Made by a program: the position numbers and the translations under genes. The notes under the pieces were generated by a model, which was not told the origin of the DNA, searched no databases, and was given only the letters and a program-made list of their open reading frames with translations. Below are positions 44,601 through 54,673 of a DNA stretch of 64,000 bases, piece by piece (position 1 is the stretch's first letter; every line of letters begins with the position of its first letter). The stretch comes from Macrostomum hystrix (Eukaryota; Animalia; Platyhelminthes): NCBI GenBank assembly GCA_950097015.1, contig CATNEN010000005.1, positions 682,001-746,000 on the forward strand, read 5' to 3'.

Positions 44601-47600
44601 GTAGCGAGAGCCGTGTATATATATTATTGAACCTCACATGTACATTGATTACATAAGTACACTATGAGCAAATGTGCACATAGGTCATTCACAACATCAT
44701 CCCCCCTCCAAAGAGATGACAGGCAACGGGCGGGATGGCATAGTTTGAGACATGCATTTAATCAGTTCGTATCGCATGTGATTGCTCTCTCCACAACAGT
44801 CACTTGAGTCACATGTCGGTTCACACTCAATCGTGGGTCACGACACTGCCGAACCATTGAGGCGGTGCACGATGCCTCTCAGAACGACGCAGCGGTGGCA
44901 TTGGTGGCGCTGGGCTTGTCGGCGCACCCGCTGGCTGGGGTGGCAGCTCACCGTCACCGTCATCGTCGCACCAGCCGCGGCGGTTGTCTGGGATGCAGCG
45001 GCTGATGTGCCAGCGACTGCCATCGGTTAGCGTCAGTGTGTTGCCGTTGCGACCGACGACCGTCATCGGCTCAGAGATGCCGCTGCCGAGTTTGCTTTTC
45101 TTCGGTCGGCGTACGCGGACACGACTGCCGACGGTCAATGCGGCGCTCCGCGGTTGCTTGGAAGGTTTCCGGCGACTTTCGGCTCGCTGCTGTTGTTCCT
45201 GGACGGTGCGCCGCAGCGCCTGGCTGGGCGCGGACTCAGGCTCGGCCGGTTGAAGCCGGTCAAGATGCAGGCGAAGCTTCCGCCCTAGCATCATCTCGGC
45301 CGGGGTCTTCTTGGTCAGCGCGTGTTCAGCCGATCGATACGCTAGCAGGAGTTCCTGCCCAGCTTGCTTCATGGCCACGCCGTCGGCCAACAGGGCTCGT
45401 AGAGAAGACTTGATGAAGCCGTTGAACCTTTCGACTCCGCCGTTCTGCTGCGGACAATAGAATGGAGTCCGGCGATGCTTGATGCCAAGTGAGCTGAGGA
45501 AGTCCGTGAACTCGCTCGACACGAATTGTGGTCCGTTGTCAGTTGTGATCTCGTCTGGCAGGCCCCAGCGGACGAACAGGCTGCGAAGGGCCTCGATGCA
45601 GGCAGTAGAGGTTACGGATGAAGACGCGATGATCTCGGGCCACTTGGAGTAGAGGTCGTGGACTACGATGAGGAATCTGTGCGAATTTGGCGCTTCGGTT
45701 GCCGGGAGCTCTCCGACGATGTCGACTTGGAGCTGTCTCCACGGGCCGGCTGGTAGTTCCGTGGTTGACCAGGGCACCTTGATCGGCTTGAACGCCTTCT
45801 CCGACAGAATGCAGGCACTGCAGTTCCTCACGAATGTCTCCACGTCGCTGTCAATGCGCGGCCACCAGACAGTTTCGCGGCATCGCGCCTTGACCTTCGC
45901 CACGCCGAGATGTCCTTGATGCGCCTCCGTCAACACCAGGTCGCGGAGTGAGGCTGGGATGACCGCACGGCTGCCTCTCGCCAGACAGCGCCCGTCGTTC
46001 CACAGGCAGAGCTCGTGCTGCACCTGATGGAAACCCTTCAGGTCGCTAGGAGTCTCGGTGGGCCATCCGTTGAGCACGAACTGAACGACTCGCTGCAGTT
46101 GGTCATCGCTAGCTGTGGCCTCGGCGAGCTGAGCAACTGAAATAGGCTCGGAGCTCCTGGCAAGCACTAGGTTGATGTCTGACTCAGTTTGACGTTGATC
46201 AATCGATTCTTGGTCGATCTTTTTACGATCGTAGCCGTAGCGGGACAGAAAGTCAGGTTGGACGTTTAGCTTACCAGGAACATACTCGATGTCAAAATCG
46301 TAGACGAAGAGTCGCTCACACCAGCGTTGAAGCCGAAGAGGCCGCTGGCCGCTTCCGCGTGCTGATAGCAGGGTGGTCAGAGCCTGGTGGTCGGTCAGCA
46401 GCTTGAACTTCCGGCCGTACAGCAGAAGGTGCCAGTGCTCGCAGCTCCAGACGCAGGCCAGGGCCTCCTTCTCCGTCGCGGAGTAACGGCGCTCGGTGTC
46501 GGACAGAGCGCGCGAGGCGAAGGCGACTGGACGAAGTTGTCCACGCTCGTCAATTTGGCCCAGAGTAGCGCCCAGGGCGACGTCGCTGCTGTCACACGAG
46601 ACGACTGTTTCGTGGCTCTGATCGAAGAATTTTAGGCACGGCGCGGATGAGATGAGCCGCTTGACCTCACTGAAGGCTGCCTCGCACTTCTTGTCCCAGT
46701 TCCAGGGCACATCCTTGCGCAGGAGTGCTGTCAGCGGCTCGGCGACATGCGACAGGTTCTTGATGTAGAACTGGAGAAACTTTACGAAACCGAGGAAGGA
46801 AGCAAGCTCGGACGCGTTCGTCGGTGCCTTGAGTTGCTCTACTGACTCAGCGTGGGACTGAAGCGGCTGGATGCCGGTGGCGCTGATCCGATGTCCGACG
46901 AACTGGATCTCTGGAACCTTGAAAACGCACTTCTTGAGGTTGATGGTGACTCGGTGATGCAGCAGCTTGTCCAGGACTCGGAAAAGGCGTTTGTCATGCT
47001 CGGCTTCCGTTGCCGCGTGCACCGCGATGTCATCTTGATAGTGCATGACGCCGTCGATGCCTTCCAGGATCTTGCCGACGACCTTCTGGAAGGCCGCCGG
47101 AGCTGAGCTGATTCCGAATGGCATTCGCTTGAATCGGTACAGGCCGGATTCTGTGTGGAAGCAGGTCAGGTTCTTGGCGTCTTCGTGCAGCGGCAGTTGC
47201 AGGTACGACTGGTTGAGATCAATCCGCGAGAACCACTTGGAGTTGGAAAACTCGGTAACTAGGTCGGCGAATGTTGGCAGTGACATCGAGTCTGGGACAA
47301 TCGCCTTGTTGACACTGCGCAGATCGACGCAGAGGCGAAGCTTCCCGTCAGACTTCCTGGCGCAAGTGACATTCGATTGCCAATCAGGAACGTCGCCTTC
47401 GGCGCGCTCGATGATGCCTTCTTCCTTCCAGCGATGGATCTCCGCAGCACACTCTTGGCGCAGAGCGAGCGGCAGCCGGCGCATCCGCTGGGCTACCGGC
47501 GGCACGGTCGGGTCCACCCTGGGGCGGTGGCAGAAGCCCTTGATCTCGCCGAGACCGGTGCCTAAAGTGTGGTACTTGGCAGGAATCCAATCTGGCATAG

Positions 47601-50600
47601 GTGGCATACCTGAAGCCTCGTTACCCGAGCTAATAGTGAAGATTTGATGGCCGGAAGGTCCGAGGACCTTGCAGTCGAGTTTGTCCATCAGGTCGATGCC
47701 CATCAGGTCGTCGCCATCCATCACAATTGTGAAGGTGAACAACGGAAGCTGAACGCCGTCGAACTCGACCCTGGCATCGATCTCGCCGGCGACGCTGATA
47801 CTGGAGCCGTTGTAGGAAAGCAGCTTCTTGTCGCACGGGCGCAGAGGAATTTTAGATCCGAAGATTTTGCGGCTTGTCTCCATGCTGAGGATGGAGACTT
47901 TGGCGGCTGTGTCCACCAGTAACGGGATGCTGTGACCATTGATTCTTATGCTGGCCCTCTTGTATTGGCCTTTGTGGCTCGACCCGACAGCGAAGATACT
48001 CTGCTGTCTGGAGCTGTCTATCTCGACGCCTTGAATCTTCTTTTGGCCTGAGGTCGGTGCCGTCGTGCTGCTCTTGCACACCTTGGCGAAGTGGTTGAGC
48101 CTCCCGCACTTCGTGCACGCCTTGCCTCGTGCCGCACAGCGCGGATCACTGCCTGTGCGGTGGCCTCGCTGGCCGCAGTGCGAGCAGCAGAACTGGTTCT
48201 GCTGACCCGTCTGGCGCTGCTTGGCGTCGTAGGAAGCTCTCTTAAAGTTGATCTTCTTGATGCTGTCGTCGGCTGCTGTCTTGCCAGTCAGCGACTTCTC
48301 ACTGTGGACCGCCATTTCCACCTGGGCTGCAATTTGGATTGCCCCGCCCAGCGTGAGCTCCTTCTCAAGTAGGAGTCTTTCGCGCACCTTTGAGGACGAG
48401 GTGCCAAAGATCAGCTGGTCCAGGATGAGGTCGTCATGGAGGACTCCAAACTGGCAGTCCTTGGCGGCATGGCGCAGATTTGCCACAAAGGCTTGCACGC
48501 CTTCGGCGCTTCGCTGGACGCACTTCCGGAATTCGTGCCTCTTGGCATACACGCTCACTGCTGGCTGGAAGTGCTGCTTCAGGAGATCGCATGCCGCTGC
48601 TAGTGTTGTCGGAGCCGTTTCCTGGTCAGCCGAGAGAGTCCGGTAGATTCGTACTCCTTCGCGCCCAAGGCAGTGGGTGAGCAGCGCAATCTTCCTGGCT
48701 TCTTGCAGGCTATCGATTCCGGATGCTAGCAGGTAGGTGTCAAACTCAGCGGCCCAGATTTCCCACGAAACTGCAGGTGTTCCTGGGTTGTCCAGAAATG
48801 GTGGAGGTTCTCTGAGGTTCAGGCGTAGTGCTGGCGCTGTGGCATTCTCAGTGCTACCCATTTCCGATTGGCTCAACTGGCTGACTTGCAGTTGTGAGTG
48901 CCGTATGAGTGCGAAAGTCGCTTAGTGGGCCTGGCTGCCGTGAGTTGATTGGCTGGACTGCGCTGGTTTGGGGGGTTTGCTCTAACCCCTGCTTGCGATG
49001 CCAGTGTTGTGGCTGCTAGCCAAATAAGCGAGGCGAGGCCAAGTCCAGTTAACCAAGGGTGAGGGTGCTCTCTCGCGTAGCGAGAGCCGTGTATATATAT
49101 TATTGAACCTCACATGTACATTGATTACATAAGTACACTATGAGCAAATGTGCACATAGGTCATTCACAACACTGTCCATAGACTGTCTGTAATCCTGTC
49201 AATCAACTGTCTGTAATCCTGTCCATAAACTGTCTGTAATCCTGCCAATCAACTGTCTGCAATCCTGCCCATAGACTGTCTGTAATCCTGTCAATCAACT
49301 GTCTGTAATCCTGCCCATAGACTGTCTGTAATCCCAATCCCATTAATAAACAGTCTGCAATCCCAACCCCATTAACAAAATGTCTGTCGCACCCTTCTCT
49401 GTTGCAGCCTCTGCCACAAACTGGCCCGTGAAGGCAACTGGGCAAAGGTGATTGCACTAAACCTGCGCTTACTCAGTGGCTGCTCATTTGGCGACATATT
49501 TGCCGGCATCAACACTGCTAACGGTCTGGGCAGAACTGTCCTTCTAGAAGCTATTAATCAGCAGAATGACAGAGCAGTGGCTTACTGCTGTCTGTTCACT
49601 AGCACTTCAGATTATCTGCTGCTACGGGGTCTAGCCGAAGCGGCCCTGCTGCCTGTGAACGACGTGTGCGATGAGATATTCGCCAAGATCTTGGACACCA
49701 TCTGCCACGATGTGGACATTAATGGTGAGTAGATTGCTTTCGGGTCGGCTTCTATCTGGTGAAAAACCTGATGGTGGTCTAAGAAAAGTCTACGATGGAC
49801 AGTGAGAAAGATGGGGTTGACTGCTACTATGGATTGTGAGACAGGTGGAGCAGACTTCTACTATGGATTGTGAGACAGCTGGAGTAGACTTCTACTATGG
49901 ATTGTGAGACAGGTGGAGTAGACTTCTACTATGGATTGTGAGACAGGTGGAGTAGACTTCTACTATGGAGGGTGAGACAGGTGGAGTAGACTTCTACTAT
50001 GGATTGTGAGACAGGTGGAGCAGACTTCTACTATGGATTGTGAGACAGGTGGGGTAGACTTCTACTATGGATTGTGAGACAGGTGGGGTAGACTTCTACT
50101 ATGGAGGGTGAGACAGGTGGAGTAGACTTCTACTATGGATTGTGAGACAGGTGGAGTAGACTTCTACTATGGATTGTGAGACAGGTGGAGTAGACTTCTA
50201 CTATGGATTGTGAGACAGGTGGGGTAGACTTCTACTATGGATTGTGAGACAGGTGGAGTAGACTTCTACTATGGATTGTGAGACAGGTGGGGTAGACTTC
50301 TACTATGGACGGTGAGACAGGTGGAGTAGACTTCTACTATGGATTGTGAGACAGGTGGAGCAGACTTCTACTATGGATTGTGAGACAGGTGGAGTAGACT
50401 TCTACTATGGATTGTGAGACAGGTGGAGCAGACTTCTACTATGGATTGTGAGACAGGTGGAGTAGACTTCTACTATGGATTGTGAGACAGGTGGGGTAGA
50501 CTTCTACTATGGACGGTGAGACAGGTGGAGTAGACTTCTACTATGGATTGTGAGACAGGTGGAGCAGACTTCTACTATGGATTGTGAGACAGGTGGAGTA

Positions 50601-53600
50601 GACTTCTACTATGGAGGGTGAGACAGGTGGAGCAGACTTCTACTATGGATTGTGAGACAGGTGGAGTAGACTTCTACTATGGATTGTGAGACAGGTGGAG
50701 CAGACTTCTACTATGGATTGTGAGACAGGTGGAGTAGACTTCTACTATGGATTGTGAGACAGGTGGGGTAGACTTCTACTATGGACGGTGAGACAGGTGG
50801 AGTAGACTTCTACTATGGATTGTGAGACAGGTGGAGCAGACTTCTACTATGGATTGTGAGACAGGTGGAGTAGACTTCTACTATGGAGGGTGAGACAGGT
50901 GGAGCAGACTTCTACTATGGAGGGTGAGACAGGTGGAGTAGACTTCTACTATGGAGGGTGAGACAGGTGGAGTAGACTTCTACCATGGATTGTGAGACAG
51001 GTGGAGTAGACTTCAAAGATGGGAAGTTGCTGATAACTAATAGTTAATAGTTAATAACAGCCATACAGTGTCGATTCTGTTTTCGAAGCTGGACAAAATA
51101 ACTGCACAGAACAGCAAAACAGAAACCCGGCATTGAATTGTGTAGAGCTGTATTAGGTGTAGAAAAATGTGAACAGCTTACACAAGCTCTTCACTTTACT
51201 GAGAAGATTGAATCGGCACTCGGTGTACATTATTAATGCACGCGGGTTTTCAAAGTGTTTCTAGTGTTAGCCAGGGCTTGTTTATGCTTGAAACCGAATC
51301 CATTTCAAAGCCGTTCTGGTCCTAACTAAAATGTACATTGCACAAACGTACTCTCTCTCTCTCTTTCACCTTATCTTTCCGCTTGCTTCAACAAGAAAAT
51401 TTCCGTCTCTCTCTCAACTCTGAAATTTAGCCAGGCTATGCGAGTTTATAAGCTCCATTGGTTGATTTTTCTAAAGGACATCCGCGTCTGCGTTTTAGTG
51501 TGTAAATAATTGCAGAATTTATTAATTTTAGTTCGCAAACCCCGCGATCTGAAGTACTTAACCCGGATGTTCTATCTGCCGAATTTTTAGTCGAATAGAA
51601 ACAGATTTTTATACATTTTTTTCAACCAAAAAATAACCCGATTTTATTAAAACAGCAAGACAAACCAGAATATGATAGGTCCCGTGCCATGTTCTGTATT
51701 TGCACATCTCCTTGTTTGGTTAATCTTATCTGATAGTCATGTCAGGGTCCTGTTTGCTTAGCTTTATTACAAGTCACGTGCCTACAATTACTCACAATAT
51801 CTTAAAATCTGTACAAGAACAATCCATGCGTCTACTTGCGAGTAGACAATATGGTATAATATTTTTTAAGGCGGCGAGTGGCGGAGTGGTCTAACGCGTT
51901 AGCATCCAGGTTGCTGAGCTCGATTCCGCGGCGATTCCACATTCATTTTGGGGTGCAGCCGCGGAGAGAAGGCTTGGTGGCTTGTCGCGCAATTTACGAC
52001 CATTAGGGCCAACCTCCAAGGCTGATGAGAAAGTCAGGGCAGATGTACACACCTGTGTGAGGTAGAATATACTCCAGAGGTCTAGTGTCACCAAATGATG
52101 CGTCAGTCCCCACAGCGCTCCTGCTATTTTCATAATTAAAGTGCATTCCGAATATTCTATTCATCACAGGCAACGCGGCGCAAAGGGCCAACAACAATAG
52201 GCTTCTCAACAGCCCGATCGATAAGTGGTCGTTCAGCAATCCATTATTGGCCGATTACGTTGGCCTGAATGTTCTGCAGATTCTAGTCCTGCAGCCACCG
52301 ATGTGGCACGGACGCTTGTCCAAACTGGTTGAAAACGGGGCCAACACCCGCTGTCCTATCGGACCTTCGGCCGATTCCCAGTACAGGCCGTACAGCGAGG
52401 CCTGCTACTTGGCCGCCAAGTTTTCCACGGATCCTTTGCGCTGCCTGCAGATTCTGGGCATGTCGGGCATGGAGATCAGCCCGAACCAGGGCTGGCGAAT
52501 GACCTTCGACTGGGATCGCAACTGCGAGGCGTCTGACTCCTGCGCGAAGATCCTGCAGTGTAAGCCGGGCTCAACTGGAATCGTAGCTAGAGTCACAGCT
52601 GGAATCGTAGCTAGAACCACAGCCAAAATCGTAGCTAGAATTGCAGCTGGAATCGAATCTAGAATCACAGCTGGAATCGAAGCTAGAATCACAGCTAAAA
52701 TCGTTGCTAGAATAACAGCTGTAATCGTGGCTAGAATCGCAGCAAGAATCGTAGCTAGAATCGCAGCAAGAATCGTAGCTAGAATCCCAACTAGAATCGT
52801 AGCTAGAATCCCAACCAGAATCCCAACAAGAATCGTAGCTAGAATTGCAGCAAGAATCGTAGCTAGAATTGCAGCTGGAATCGAAGCTAGAATCACAGCT
52901 AAAATCGTTGCTAGAATAACAGCTGTAATCGTGGCTAGAATCGCAGCAAGAATCGTAGCTAGAATCGCAGCAAGAATCGTAGCTAGAATCCCAACTAGAA
53001 TCGTAGCTAGAATCCCAACCAGAATCCCAACAAGAATCGTAGCTAGAATTGCAGCAAGAATCGTAGCTAGAATTGCAGCTGGAATCGAAGCTAGAATCAC
53101 AGCTAAAATCGTAGCTAGAATAACAGCTGGAATCGTGGCTAGAATCGCAGCAAGAATCGTAGCTAGAATCGCAGCAAGAATCGTAGCTAGAATCCCAACT
53201 AGAATCGTAGCTAGAATCCCAACCAGAATCCCAACAAGAATCGTAGCTAGAATCGCAGCAAGAATCGTAGCTAGAATCGCAGCTGGAATCGAAGCTAGAA
53301 TCACAGCTAAAATCGTAGCTAGAATAACAGCTGGAATCGTGGCTAGAATCGCAGCAAGAATCGTAGCTAGAATCGCAGCAAGAATCGTAGTTAGAATCCC
53401 AACTAGAATCGTAGCTAGAATCCCAACCAGAATCCCAACAAGAATCGTAGCTAGAATCGCAGCAAGAATCGTAGCTAGAATCGCAGCTAGAATCCTAACC
53501 AGAAGCGTAGCTAGAATCGCAGCAAGAATCGTAGCTAGAATCGCAGCTAGAATCCTAACCAGAATCGTAGCTAGAATCGCAGCAAGAATCGTAGCTAGAT

Positions 53601-53970
53601 TCGCAGCTAGAATCCTAACCAGAATCGTAGCTGGAATCGCAGCAAGAATCGCAGCAAGAATCGCAGCAAGAATCATAGCTAGAGTCGCAGCTAAAGTCGC
53701 AGCCAAAATCGCTGCAGGAACCATTTCTATAATTTAAGCAGGAATTAAAGCTAGAATCTGTTGATCGAATTGATGTTTTTATTTAGATTTCAATGCCGCC
53801 AATTTCACATTGCAGCCCGCCAAGACCTCAGCAGCCAGCAGCTGGCAGACATCAGCAATCTGGTGTCCCGCCTGCCAGTCTTGAAGGCGGAAGAAATCGA
53901 ACCTCTGGCACCCGGAGGCCAGATTAGCGACTTAAGCTGGGTATTCGATTTGAAAGAATTCACGCAGTAA
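41684..53970 (+). CDS. Unrecognised ~740-aa protein: Q-rich N-terminus, acidic/Ser-rich linker, AT-hook/NLS (KRKRGRPKK), C-terminal ankyrin-like repeats; join(41684..42139,42622..43076,43876..44243,44326..44407,49408..49724,52170..52559,53816..53970)
   Basis: Six GT-AG introns with compatible phases (0,2,1,2,1,1); total 2223 nt, no internal stop. Probable 5'-UTR exon ending at a gtaagt donor (41026) with acceptor at 41655. Ankyrin-like DEFGDLLCHKLAREGN, NGLGRTVLLEAI and YVGLNVLQILV...LVENGAN. The last-exon acceptor is the least certain. Confidence 0.75.
42170..42505 (-). mobile_element. SINE family B, near full-length copy in intron 1 of the ankyrin-like gene
   Basis: Minus strand GGCGGTCAGTGGCAGAGCG (A-box) ... 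GCTCGATTCCGCGGCGAGGCCACATCC ... CTGCCTGACGATGAGAAAGTCAGGGCAG. Confidence 0.75.
43245..43660. repeat. ~13-bp pyrimidine minisatellite (CTCCGTCTCTTGT variants)
   Basis: Visible tandem units in intron 2 of the ankyrin-like gene. Confidence 0.92.
44529..44696 (-). repeat. 3' LTR of the Gypsy element
   Basis: Identical to 49005-49172; adjacent to the PPT. Confidence 0.96.
44827..48861 (-). CDS. Gag-Pol polyprotein (Gag with two zinc knuckles, aspartic protease, RT, RNase H, integrase)
   Basis: CSHCGQRGH...C and CTKCGRLNHFAKVC knuckles; LLVDTA protease; RIDLNQSYLQL, MPFGISSAP, HYQDD RT; CDSSD...RPVAFASR RNase H; H-H-C-C zinc finger, QVDIVG, ITTDNGPQF and NGGVER integrase. First ATG at 48861; no stops or frameshifts. 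Confidence 0.96.
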   Translation of the reverse strand: MGSTENATAPALRLNLREPPPFLDNPGTPAVSWEIWAAEFDTYLLASGIDSLQEARKIALLTHCLGREGVRIYRTLSADQETAPTTLAAACDLLKQHFQPAVSVYAKRHEFRKCVQRSAEGVQAFVANLRHAAKDCQFGVLHDDLILDQLIFGTSSSKVRERLLLEKELTLGGAIQIAAQVEMAVHSEKSLTGKTAADDSIKKINFKRASYDAKQRQTGQQNQFCCSHCGQRGHRTGSDPRCAARGKACTKCGRLNHFAKVCKSSTTAPTSGQKKIQGVEIDSSRQQSIFAVGSSHKGQYKRASIRINGHSIPLLVDTAAKVSILSMETSRKIFGSKIPLRPCDKKLLSYNGSSISVAGEIDARVEFDGVQLPLFTFTIVMDGDDLMGIDLMDKLDCKVLGPSGHQIFTISSGNEASGMPPMPDWIPAKYHTLGTGLGEIKGFCHRPRVDPTVPPVAQRMRRLPLALRQECAAEIHRWKEEGIIERAEGDVPDWQSNVTCARKSDGKLRLCVDLRSVNKAIVPDSMSLPTFADLVTEFSNSKWFSRIDLNQSYLQLPLHEDAKNLTCFHTESGLYRFKRMPFGISSAPAAFQKVVGKILEGIDGVMHYQDDIAVHAATEAEHDKRLFRVLDKLLHHRVTINLKKCVFKVPEIQFVGHRISATGIQPLQSHAESVEQLKAPTNASELASFLGFVKFLQFYIKNLSHVAEPLTALLRKDVPWNWDKKCEAAFSEVKRLISSAPCLKFFDQSHETVVSCDSSDVALGATLGQIDERGQLRPVAFASRALSDTERRYSATEKEALACVWSCEHWHLLLYGRKFKLLTDHQALTTLLSARGSGQRPLRLQRWCERLFVYDFDIEYVPGKLNVQPDFLSRYGYDRKKIDQESIDQRQTESDINLVLARSSEPISVAQLAEATASDDQLQRVVQFVLNGWPTETPSDLKGFHQVQHELCLWNDGRCLARGSRAVIPASLRDLVLTEAHQGHLGVAKVKARCRETVWWPRIDSDVETFVRNCSACILSEKAFKPIKVPWSTTELPAGPWRQLQVDIVGELPATEAPNSHRFLIVVHDLYSKWPEIIASSSVTSTACIEALRSLFVRWGLPDEITTDNGPQFVSSEFTDFLSSLGIKHRRTPFYCPQQNGGVERFNGFIKSSLRALLADGVAMKQAGQELLLAYRSAEHALTKKTPAEMMLGRKLRLHLDRLQPAEPESAPSQALRRTVQEQQQRAESRRKPSKQPRSAALTVGSRVRVRRPKKSKLGSGISEPMTVVGRNGNTLTLTDGSRWHISRCIPDNRRGWCDDDGDGELPPQPAGAPTSPAPPMPPLRRSERHRAPPQWFGSVVTHD
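49005..49172 (-). repeat. 5' LTR of the Gypsy element
   Basis: Identical to 44529-44696; followed on the minus strand by the PBS. Confidence 0.96.
49173..49370. repeat. ~22-bp minisatellite (CTGTCAATCAACTGTCTGTAATC); its left part lies at 44470-44528 on the other side of the Gypsy insertion
   Basis: Same unit on both flanks of the element. Confidence 0.85.
49820..51015. repeat. 34-bp minisatellite (GACTTCTACTATGGATTGTGAGACAGGTGGAGTA)
   Basis: Visible tandem units in intron 5 of the ankyrin-like gene. Confidence 0.96.
51870..52110 (+). mobile_element. SINE family B copy with intact tRNA-like head
   Basis: A-box TGGCGGAGTGG (51879-51889), B-box-like GCTCGATTCC, GGGCCAACCTCCAAGG, and an internal deletion before CTGATGAGAAAGTCAGGGCAG. 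Confidence 0.75.
52575..53720. repeat. 12-bp minisatellite (AGAATCGTAGCT) with 204-bp higher-order repeat
   Basis: Variant AGCTAGAATCACAGCTAAAATCG recurs at 52681, 52885, 53089 and 53293. Confidence 0.95.
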
Positions 53971-54673
53971 AGGCCTGCTTTTTTAAATTGATATTTTCTA
54001 CACAACTAATAAAATTTTACGGAAGCAGTTTTGTGACTGGACTATCTCATGAATACAATTATTATTTAGTTTATGTTGTCCGTTTTCAATAATATCTTTA
54101 TTATACTGCATTGTTCAATATCGACTTTATCTGCAAACGATTAGTTAACCAATCAGGGTGATAAAAAAATATTTTTTTCTGTTTTTGAATCTTTTTCATC
54201 ATATATAGTCACTATATTCTTTTTTCTCACACTAGTACGACAATATAATTTATAATTTCAACTGTGCGTTGTTCGTTAGTGACTACTGCTTTGTCTCAAA
54301 CAACACACATATTGCATCGCAAACTGCAAATATTAATTGCACTAATCAATTCCAGCTAAAAATCAATACTTATTCCAGAATTTACAATACTTTCGTACAC
54401 ATCAACAGCGTTTCCCCACAGGGAGAAATTTGTACCGTACACAAGCATGTACTCGTATGTTATATATTGTTTGCTATTCTGTAAAAAAATCATTTCTAAC
54501 GCAAACAACTTTGTCGTCCGTCTGTCTTGATTCGGTTTTACAGTAATGAAGAAATTAACTAGTGCTTAGATATGATAATCTATATGTCGTCTGTGTTGCT
54601 ATAAAATAAACCATGTGTGCGCTCGTGAGCTAAATAATATACTATTCTGGGTTACAAAGTCGTCACTATATCG

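Larger units (their letters stand above)
44529..49172 (-). mobile_element. Full-length Ty3/Gypsy LTR retrotransposon (Mag-like organisation), 4644 bp
   Basis: Identical 168-bp LTRs (44529-44696 and 49005-49172; TGTTGTG...CACAACA). 5-bp TSD CTGTC (44524-44528 and 49173-49177). PBS TGGCATCGCAAGCAGGGG (48986-49003, minus). PPT TTTGGAGGGGGGATGA (44697-44712, minus). Single gag-pol ORF with domain order PR-RT-RH-IN. Confidence 0.97.

Noticed and set aside
44782-48925. Many short ORFs antisense to or overlapping the Gypsy gag-pol (and 19122-19857 over the sulfotransferase)
   Set aside because: Expected shadows of GC-rich coding sequence; none carries recognisable motifs, and no env-like ORF fits in the 4.6-kb element.
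52015-52060. CTGATGA-GAAA looks like a hammerhead ribozyme core inside SINE family B
   Set aside because: There is no stem II, and no downstream NUH plus stem I complement. Other copies show it is simply the loop of the CTGAC/GTCAG hairpin.
53787-53912. Alternative last-exon acceptor at 53786 for the ankyrin-like gene
   Set aside because: With the phase-1 donor it gives a shorter frame ending in CPACQS*. The acceptor at 53815 keeps the longer open frame and was preferred, but this cannot be settled without transcripts.
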